Source of the DNA: Chromera velia
Taxonomy: Eukaryota
Reading direction: 5' to 3'
NCBI GenBank assembly: GCA_018398765.1
Contig: JAHBMJ010000383.1
Location: forward strand, 1 to 49,356
Length of the DNA: 49,356 bases
This document shows, in pieces, positions 39,989-49,356 of the stretch. Every line of letters begins with the position of its first letter. The first letter of the stretch is position 1. The notes beneath the pieces were generated by a model. That model was given only the letters and a program-made list of their open reading frames with translations. It was not told where the DNA came from and did no database searches. The position numbers and the translations under genes were made by a program.

Positions 39989-41827
39989 AAGGAGGGAAGG
40001 AAGGAAGGAAAGAAAGACAGACAGACAGACAGACAGACAGAAAGAAAGAAAGAAAGAGGGAGAGAAATGAGAGAGAGAAGGGAAGGAAAGGAAGCTGGAA
40101 AAAGGGAGAGGAAAACAAGTCAGGAAAGGAATGAAAAGAAATGCGACCCATCGATCGTCGTCATCATCATCAAGCATCGGTTCGTTGCATCATCGCTTCG
40201 TTTAAGAACGGACAGAATTAACTCTAAACCGATCTCCAAACTACTCGGAGAACAAAATGTGGACACGACTCATTGTACTTTAATTCTGTGAACCCTGAAG
40301 AAGCGGGTGGGACTTCTTCGAACTGAGAATCGTGGAAACAAGCACGGGACGGGGGCAGCAATAAAGCGAAATGGCTGCTGAAATACAGAACCAACTTTAT
40401 TGAGGAGGTATCTATACCTCCTACAACGTGTTGAGGAAGTTTGTCTTCTGTCCTTTGAAATGATTTTATCTTTTGATCGGGGACTCTTTGCTTGATTCTC
40501 TTTAACGAACACGCAGCTGCTGCATTTTTTTCTCATAAATTATAAGAATGAAACATGTTAAATCTTCCTCTGAATTGTTACGGTAATGTATCACGTATTA
40601 TAAAAGAGTCAAAACAGTTTAGACAATGTCATTAAATTGACATTAGAAGTGCAAAATATACTGCAACAAAATACAGTGAACATTATATTAAAAAATAATA
40701 CTAACTAGAGGCTAGAGTATACGGAAGATCTTCATATGAGTACGCTATAATGAGTACAATCCTGTAAGTTCCATGAATTAAAATAGTGGCACGCCAGCTA
40801 CCCCTAGGGCTATCCAAAATTGAATTGATCCTAGACACTGAATTTATTTGTTTTTAATTTTTACGTATTGTATTGTAAGTCAACGTCCTTGCAAGTTTTA
40901 GCTAGCCGCTAAGTGCTTTATAGTATAGACTATATAGTAGTAGTAAGTATTGGTAATAAGTATACTGTCAATATACATCACAGTACGTGTCTCCTAGCTA
41001 AAATGTGCCGCTTTATGAGTTACCAACAGTCTTAACCCTAATCGCCGATTCTTATCATATCCTATCGATCGGTGTATGAGTATAAAACGCTGATTCTTGT
41101 ATAAATGCTATATGCTATGCTATGCTAAATATACTTAAATAAATACAAAGTATAGTAAACTATAGTAGATTATGCTAGAGACTAGTCTAGGCTAGAGCTC
41201 ATGGGGGAGTCATGGCTTAGCTCATGGCACCGTTCTGTTGATAAATTGATTGCACGTGATGAAAAGAAAAGTAGCGTTATCTTCCAAGGCATCTTTGCAT
41301 GCATGTGAAGGACTCCGGATAGGTTAAGGGAGAAAAGGAAACACGGATTCCATCCATGCGGAAAGAAGGATTAGAAGAAGGAGCACTGGAGCAGTATAGA
41401 TCAGTACATACATTAGAGGAGCAAGTATGAGAATTTTGAAGCTTGAAGTGCACTGGAAAGAGCTCAAAGGACTTGGAAGCGCCGAACAAGAGACGGGATG
41501 CGTATTATAATCAAATCGACACAGGGAGAGAGACACATGGAAACAGAGCTACAGGACGGCATACATGTCCCTCTGACACTCCTTCACTCTATCTCGGTCT
41601 GCCAGAGTCTGTCTGTCTGTCTGTCTAAGACTTCATGTCGAATCATGCACCTCCAGAGCACGATTCGAAAGACTGAACTTCCGTCTATTTCCTCTCATGA
41701 CTGCTTCTCTGTTTTTCAACCCCTCACTAAGCTAGGTTTCCATCATTTAGCTGGCCTAGCTGCCGAATGCGAGGTCCGTCGATCGATCGACCAAGTGATC
41801 TGATCAACGGATGAATCAAACAATCAG

Positions 41828-42823
41828 TTACAAAAACGACGCATCTCTCTTCCAGTTGGGTGTTTGGGTCACGCGGTCGAGACGCGCGATTGCCCCGGCA
41901 GTCATACACACCATTTCATACTCAACCGCTTCGGGAGTCGTGTCGTTGTGATAGTGCCCCCCATACCGTCTCCCCCCCGCCTCTCCCCACCCGTGTGTGT
42001 GCACGAGACGGAGGTCCATGCCTGGGTCTGCGGATGTGGCAACGAACATAAACCGCATCGGTGCCTCTCCCTCCATCCACCGGAGCCACTCATCAACCCC
42101 CTCAGGAGTGCGAATTGGTTCCTTGCTGAAATCTGGCATACAGTGAAGACGCGCCCTTCCCTTCTTCAAAACCAATAACCCCCCAAGGGAGACGGGACGC
42201 GACTCCCCGTAATGCGCCTTCAGACAGTCAGCGATGCACTGAGGGACATCCTTCCCTCTCTCATCCTTCCCCGCACGCCCGCGGAGACGGATTCTGAGTA
42301 CCTCGCCCGGTTTACCTTCTGTCAGCATCACATTGAGGAGAACTGAGGATTTGTTCGAGACGTCGTCCTTCACCTCGTGTTTCTCCTTTCCCGTCTCCTC
42401 TTGGGGAATCATCAGGGCCACCTTGGAAGTGGATGAACCCGTGATGCACGTATTGCAGATCAACTCGGAATTCATGCCATAGACGTGACACGGCCCCGCA
42501 CCCGCACCCACAAGGCATGTGGGGTGCGATGTGAGCCCCAGTTTTTCCACTGCCTGCCTGACTAGGTCGCTGAGGTCGTACAGTTTTTTCTTGTTCGGCC
42601 TCGGAAGAAGGTTGTCAACACCCCCCACATCTAGGATCACATTGCCGTCTCCTGGGGAGGAGAGGCCCTGAAATGAGGACAGGTAGGGCGATTCTCTGAG
42701 GTCGGGGCAGGGAGTGACTTCGACCTCGACCTCTTCAAAGAAAGCGGGAAGGGAGCGAGAGAGAACCTCCTTGACCTCCGTCAGAGACGGCACGTTGAGG
42801 GATTGAACTTCCAAGGGGTACAT
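41828..42823 (-). CDS. C11orf54: Ester hydrolase C11orf54/PTD012 homolog (DUF1907), intronless, 331 aa
   Basis: Family-like motifs PSL.E...L, CPDLR..P, DVGG..NLLP, GAGAGP, HCMPDFS, DPGMDLRL.HTH and GGHYH.DTTP..VEY. First ATG at 42823. Confidence 0.9.
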   Translation of the reverse strand: MYPLEVQSLNVPSLTEVKEVLSRSLPAFFEEVEVEVTPCPDLRESPYLSSFQGLSSPGDGNVILDVGGVDNLLPRPNKKKLYDLSDLVRQAVEKLGLTSHPTCLVGAGAGPCHVYGMNSELICNTCITGSSTSKVALMIPQEETGKEKHEVKDDVSNKSSVLLNVMLTEGKPGEVLRIRLRGRAGKDERGKDVPQCIADCLKAHYGESRPVSLGGLLVLKKGRARLHCMPDFSKEPIRTPEGVDEWLRWMEGEAPMRFMFVATSADPGMDLRLVHTHGWGEAGGRRYGGHYHNDTTPEAVEYEMVCMTAGAIARLDRVTQTPNWKRDASFL

Positions 42824-43662
42824 TGGTTTTTTGAGAGACGGCAAGAGAGAAAGGCAAAGTGGGAACCAGAATCTCTGTATCAAATGAGACGACGCAAAGA
42901 GCCGGTGCAGCAGTCTAGTTTATATGAGGCACAAATTGCGGCGGAACGTGGGATTCTTCCAGATGTATCGACACGTCGTTCACACACTTCAGAACTTCGA
43001 GACGGCCCGATTTGTAATGATTTGTATGGCTGCCTACGGCCTGCATGAAGCTGCATGCGTAGAATTGCGTAGACGGTCAACAAAATTCGCATGACATTTC
43101 GCGTGATCATGTGTGATCTCAGTGTGAAAGACAGTCATGGATCACAGGTCGAGATTGAAAGGTATATATACATCTCTCTGGCTGTTGGCGAAAACACGCA
43201 CGCAGGCCTTGTTTTGGGTAGTGGGAACGCTGCGGGAAGCAATTTCGTGGTGAGTAGACGGCACCAAGCATCTGATTTTGGCTTGACGTGAATGGGAGAC
43301 AGAGCGTGTAACTTCAGACTGTCCGCTTAGTATCTTCCCTCGTGTTCTGCAGCAATCTCCACTGTCCTTCAGCTGTGGCCTGCCTGCCACAGTCTCTTGA
43401 ATAGCCTCAATACCGAGGTGTGGCATTTTTGCCGCGGAGAACGGCCTGTTAGCTTCCTGAGGCACCCCTGCAAAAGAGTGCGCCTGTCGATTTAAATTGA
43501 ATCCGTCCATCGTCCTGGGCCTCTTGGGACGAAGACGACGAGGCGGATCATCTGCTTTCCTCAGCCTCCAGTTCTTGATCAGAAAGCTGCAGGCAGGCTC
43601 AAAGAAGAGAAGCCACAGAACTTAGACAGGCGGGGGGAAACTGAAGAATTAAATTCCTCAAC

Positions 43663-44992
43663 ATGTCGGGAACGGCAGTCTCGACATCGGAGAAAGCTCC
43701 GATTAACTCACAGGTATATACAAAGGAGCCTAACTCCTCTCGCCGTTTTTGCCTTTCCAGCTCTCTCATCCGGAGGCTTGCCCACAGAACTTTTGCAAGC
43801 ATTTGGTCGCCCCGTCGTGTCCACCCCCCGTCTTCCAACTGTGAGGCTGACGCACGGGCTCTCTTTTCGATCGATTGGGGGTTTCCTAACGTGCCCATCC
43901 CCAGCCTGCTTGCCGGCTCTCCAGCCTCTGTGTTTTCCTGCCTGCACGCCTTCTCATACTCACTCCGCTTCTTCTCTGTTTACGGCTAGTCAATGTGTGT
44001 GGGCTTGCGCATCAGTTCAATCGGCTCTGTGGGGTGGTCCAATCAGTTTGATGATTGCGCCGGTGCGAGAGAGTGATCACTTGTGGACCTCCCCTTCTTC
44101 TCCCTTCTTATTCTCGACCGAGCGAGCCTTCCCTTCCCTTCCCTGCAGGACATGATAGAGCTGGGGGACTTTGCGGTTTGGTCCCTGTCCTCAGCCAAGC
44201 CGGGGAATGGAGTCGAGCAGCTGCGGGACGGCAACACAGGCACATTTTGGCAGTCAGTCAGTCAGTCAGTCAGTCAGTCAGTCAGTGCAGTCTTCCCTTG
44301 TACTGTCTATCTGTTGGTCGATTTGTCGATCTGTCTGTCTTCCTCCTCATAAAAAAAAATGCACCGAAAGGACAAAGACAGTCTGCCTCTCCCACACCCA
44401 TTTTGTCCAGTCGATGGCCTCTTTCTGCCGAAACGTCGACAGATAGCGGTAATCAGGATTCTTCCGTCCATCCCGATTTGGACGCTTCAAATTGACGGTA
44501 TTTCTTTTTTTGCTTTGGGCTCTTCAAAATCAGGTCCGACGGACCCCAGCCGCACCTGGTCGACATACAGTTTCCTCACCTGACCGATGTCTCGGTGAGT
44601 GCAGCGTTAACGGGACGCGGGGAGGGGGAGGGGAATGACATCCAGAGTCGATTTCTGTACGTTTCATCAGGAGTCAACAGAAATTAAGTGCCCTCAGCCG
44701 ACTGACGTGCCTGACGGTAAACAGGCTGTAGAAAGTGCAGATAGCTCCTTGCCTGCCTGTCTTGCGCGTGAGTTTTCTTTGTTTGTGTCTTTTCTTTCTC
44801 GTTTTCATTCCGTGTCTCTTTTTGTCAAGCTTTCTCTCTCTGTCTCTATCTGCCTATCCCTATTCCTCCATCCATCATGGTATCACTGTCCTAATCGCTC
44901 TGAGCCCCGCTTCGCTTCACCTCTCTGTTTTTCATTTCTGTTCTGAGGTCCCATCTGCGGGTGCCCATGTCTTCTCTCTCTCTCTCTCTCCC

Positions 44993-45030
<38 letters not shown>

Positions 45031-46970
45031 TCTTCTCTTATCTGCCTGTCTGTCTGCCTGCAGAAGATCGACATCAACGTGAGCCACAACATCGACGAGT
45101 CGTACACCCCTCAGACACTCTCGGTCCGAGCGGGGACGTGTGCAGACAACTTGCAGCCTCTCGGGAAGACCATTGAATTGAAAAAACCAGAAGGGTGGTC
45201 GGTCCGGGTGTTCGACCGAGTGAGGAAGTTCATTTCTTTCCTCAGATCTTGGCTTGGGTTGTGCAGTGCTTCCGCTACAGAATGATGGTCGAATCCGTAT
45301 GAGCAAACGATGAACTCGAAGAGAACAGACCAGCAAATGCTGCTTTGCTCCTCATTGTTCTGGAGAGAGGCAGAAGCGGGCATTCATTCGCTCAGTCTGG
45401 TGCCCTTCCCTCAGTAAATGTCATCTCTCTCTTTATCTCTCTGCTCCGTACCGCCCCCCTCCCCCCTCCCTCTCTCTCTGTGTGTGCTTCCTTTCTTCAC
45501 TTCACACTTCAGCCCTGAGTGTCCCTTCTCCCTGCAGGACCACTATCCCCGTCAGGCCGCCTCGCACGGACCCTAGGAAGGCACAGTCAGTCAGTCAGCC
45601 GACGCAACAGCCACCAGCAAGACATGCAGGCAGCGTCGCAGGGAGACGAATATCGTCGGTCCTCATCCACACGCACAGGGGGCCGTCTGCTTCAGCATGC
45701 ATTTGGATTCCTCACACATACGAAAGTTCTCCAGAACAAGCCGGCAAGCCTCCCTCTATTTTGACGCTCACAGATTTTGTTTTTTTCATTCTGACAGATA
45801 ACCAGAGAACTGTGATTCACGTACACGCAAATTGCATCCTGCCTGAGGTACGTGTCAAGGTTGGATTCATGATCCAAAGAAGAATGCTCGCAAGGGACCG
45901 GAACACTCGGTTCTCCTAGACCGCTATGGTCATTTAGTGCCGATGAATCTCTCTCCTGCAAGCTTGCTTTCGCGCACGATTTATCGTATGCATGTCATTT
46001 TCCCCTCCTTTTGATCATCACGCTCCTTTTTTCAAAATGCGAATAGAATGATCGACGCTCGTGCACGCTTTTCTCTCTCTTTGCAGGAGTGAAGCAGAAG
46101 TCGAGGGAGGGCAGCCAGAATTCGTATCCTGCATGCATTCATTTTCATACAGAGAAATAATTCTGTATGAAAATAAATGCAAGCGCTTTTCTCTTTGCAG
46201 GAGTGAAGCAGAAGTCGAGGGAGGGCAGGCAGAATTCGTATCCTGCATACATTCATTTTCATACAGAGAAATAATTCTGTATGAACATAAATGCAAGCGC
46301 TTTTCTCTTTGCAGGAGTGAAGCAGAAGTCGAGGGAGGGCAGGCAGAATTCGTATCCTGTTTCTTTCTTCAGTTGGCGATATTGAACAACCACCAAAACG
46401 GAAGGGACACCCACCTCAGACAAGTGAAAGTTTGGGGTCCCAAAAAGTCAGTTGCATTTCTTTTTTTCTCCGCCCTCTCGCCAGGGACAACTTTTCACTC
46501 TATCGGATTCCCTGTATGTACGTCTATCGACATGTCTATCTGTAGATCTGTCAGCGTCGATTTATGTACGAAAGAGACCCTTATTTCAGATGGGTGAACG
46601 TCTCAACGAAAGCATGCCATCCGTCCGCGAAAAATCTGCAAGCCTCTTGGCGCTCAATTTCACTGCATGTCTGTTCTCTCTCGCGCTCTCTCTCGTCACT
46701 CACGCCACTGGGCCGCTGTTTGCAATTTTGTTGTCGTCCGCTGAATTGCCCGCTCCTCTGCTTATTTATGCTTTGATTGCTTGCCTGATCGAAACTCTGC
46801 TTAATTATGCTTTGATTGCTTGCCTGATCGAAACTCTGCTTGATTATGCTTTGATTGCTTGCCTGATCGAATCGTGCTGCAGGAATTGTTTGACAGTGAT
46901 TCCCCGGACAGTGAAAGAAGCTGTGGGCGCCCTTCGCCCCGAAGTTTTGACGATGGCCTCGGTGCGTTAG
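43663..46970 (+). CDS. APC10: Anaphase-promoting complex subunit 10 (APC10/Doc1)
   Basis: Exons 43663-43713, 44149-44252, 44534-44594, 45064-45197, 45538-45585, 46315-46446, 46883-46970 are phase-consistent; an extra exon in 45640-45850 is possible. Motifs: [58 protein letters not shown] and a C-terminal VR (IR-tail-like). Confidence 0.93.
46066..46358. repeat. 114-bp tandem repeat (~2.6 copies) containing an APC10 splice acceptor
   Basis: TTGCAG|GAGTGAAGCAGAAG with exon starts at 46087, 46201 and 46315. Confidence 0.93.
46765..46870. repeat. 36-bp tandem repeat x3 in the last APC10 intron
   Basis: TTATGCTTTGATTGCTTGCCTGATCGAAACTCTGC.. repeated. Confidence 0.9.
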
Positions 46971-47695
46971 CTCCACCGGTAGCTTGAAAACATTTGAAAG
47001 CCACTTTGACTAGCTTAGGCTTGCATGGTTCGATTCGTCTGACATACTCTGCCAGTGGGACAAGGTCTCGCCTTGTCAAAGAAGTTTTTGTTTCAGTGCT
47101 TTAATTATTTCACATTACAAATTTAATTGCGAAACCTAGTGCGGAACTCCTGAATGAATTGTTTTTTTTTAATAATTTGAAATATGTATATATTCAATTT
47201 ATCTTTTCAGTTAGCTAATATGCAGTCACACGTATATGATTTTTAGTATAACATAATTTACAGTAGGCTTTGTACTATGTAGGCTTTATAGAATAGGATA
47301 CGATATGATAGGATTTATGTTCCAGGTGCTTCCGAGGTCCTATAAAGTCTATAAAATCCCTCATGATAAGTTTTAACAACAAATGTTATATCAAGTGTTA
47401 TATCTAGTGTTATATGAAGTTTTACAAGAAAATTCAGAAGAGCTCTTCATCATTTCTTAGATAAAATATTTCTGATTAGATTTGTTGTACTTCTAGTTGT
47501 ACTTATAGGCTTGAAGAGTCAATGAAAACATAGCAGTTGAAATGCTGCGGTACTTCCTAGGGTACTTCAACTTAGTCTTCAAGCCTAGTTGAAGCCTTGA
47601 AGGTGCACAATTAGAAAGGTCTCCCAAGCTAGCTCCCAAGGAATCTTTAAAACCCTAGTTAAAACCGTAAGGAGAACGGTCCGAGAACCTGACCA

Positions 47696-48726
47696 CTAAT
47701 GACGAGGGACACCCATGCTAGCACCCATGCAATATGTTGCTGTTGTCACCCCTCTACTACCCTCTACCTGATCTTCGCGCGCACTCAAAACTCTGACAAG
47801 AATGGAATCTACAGAACGGCATGAAAGCAAGCACGAACACGCAGCTAACTTACTGGAAGCCGATCCATCTGGATGCATTCCTTCGAGCTGGAGAGACAAA
47901 CACAGACATAGACAGAGACACGACACTGGACAATGATATGTGGGCAAAAGAAGAGAAGAACAACGCATGTGCACGCACCAATGAGATTCAAGCACGTGGT
48001 TTAAATATCATCTTATGTTGACGACAAACAACAAAACTGCGCTTCCCTGTGCGTCCAGGAATCCTCGTTGTTGATGGACAGTCAAACAGAACAAGAGTCC
48101 ATCTCTTTTCTCGTACCCCCCCCAATCTCTTTTCTCTCTCTGCCTCCACCCTCCCTTTTCCCTTTGTATAAATATGCAGATGCACGTTGCGGTCTCTTGA
48201 TCTTTCATCTTCCTCCTTCGCGTTCTCTTCAAAACACAAACAAAAATCTACAGAAAGAAAAACGAAGCACATAAATATTCGACTGCGTCTACTGTGCAGT
48301 CACTCGTCATGTGAAGGAGGCGAGAAGCCAGGGAGAGAAAAGACTTCATTGTTTCAAGCGAAACACTTCAGCAAAACACGAAAGAAGCAAACACGACATA
48401 CGGGAGGCAGGGAGGGAAAAGGGGAGAAAGAAAGCGAATGACAAAGAGCGAGGGAGAGGCTCATCGATCGAAAAGCAATCAAGAGCCCCCGAATTCTTTC
48501 ACCAACACCGCGCACGTGCACGTTTTTGTCACTTATTCCAACAGAAGAATGTTACAGTGGCTAAGGGAAGAGAGAGAAGTCAAGAGAAAGGAAAAAGAGA
48601 GAGAGAATCCTTTGCCAGACATGCAGCCAGCCTCCTCGATCCCCATTCAGCTTCCTTGGACGCCTCTTTGAGGGCAGGAAGCAAGGGAAGGAGGCAAACG
48701 GGGAACTTCTGTGTTGATATACTCCC

Positions 48727-48800
<74 letters not shown>

Positions 48801-48945
48801 CGCACAACTGCATGGGAAACAAGAAGGAGAAAGGACAGATTTTCAAACAACTGCTTGGCAGCTACAGTTGCTGCTTTAAATTTAAGCAAACAGGCGAAGA
48901 AGCGTGCATGCACGCACGCACGCACGCGAACACACACACACACAC

Positions 48946-49020
<75 letters not shown>

Positions 49021-49356
49021 CGCACACACTGTTTCCACACAGCGAATGTAACTTTCCCTGCCCCCCCCTGAACCCGGCCCATCCAAAGACCTGCCGGTTG
49101 GTTGGTTGAGGGGGTCCCTTCCGAGCAAAGGAAAGGAAGTTCATTCATAGGCAGATAGACTGGCTCTGGCTTTTTGATGGTGATACGAGAGGTGCAAAAA
49201 TACAGTACTGCTGCCCGGCTTCATTTCATACTTCCATACAACGGCTCGGGCAAGGAGGAGAAGAAGAAGAAAAGAAGAACAGAGTCCGGAGAGGATGAGG
49301 GGCAAGGAGGAGGAGAAGAAGAGAAGAAGAACAGAGTCAGGAGAGGATAAGGGGCA
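47696..49356 (-). other. Possible 3' part of an unidentified spliced gene on the minus strand
   Basis: Short segments bounded by minus-strand CAG/GTAAGT signals (e.g. about 47853-47888, LEGMHPDGSAS) between purine-rich and microsatellite tracts. No recognisable domain. Confidence 0.25.

Overview
This is intron-rich eukaryotic DNA, full of microsatellites and TGCATGCA motifs. That style suggests an alveolate (chromerid/apicomplexan-like), but the organism is an inference. The first ~20 kb is transposon debris. It holds a full-length but dead Ty3/Gypsy chromodomain LTR retrotransposon (1103-12213) interrupted by a nested 4.5-kb TIR element, a probable second LTR, two foldback/MITE elements and a stop-riddled T5orf172/GIY-YIG-like ORF. 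These repeats show heavily transition-biased (RIP-like) decay. The centre of the window (21061-39925, + strand) is one gene that I assembled by hand into about 30 GT-AG exons with consistent phases (~1,670 aa). It has a signal peptide, ten tandem cytochrome b5-like domains that each keep both axial His, and a complete 7-TM ferric-reductase/NOX-family module with FAD and NAD(P)H domains. This is the best candidate for an undescribed system: a single-chain eukaryotic multiheme electron conduit. The right end carries an intronless C11orf54/DUF1907 homolog head-to-head with a spliced APC10 gene. Several splice sites sit in local duplications, three of them linked to the same short hairpin sequence. 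All alignments, counts and exon models are manual; no database searches were run.
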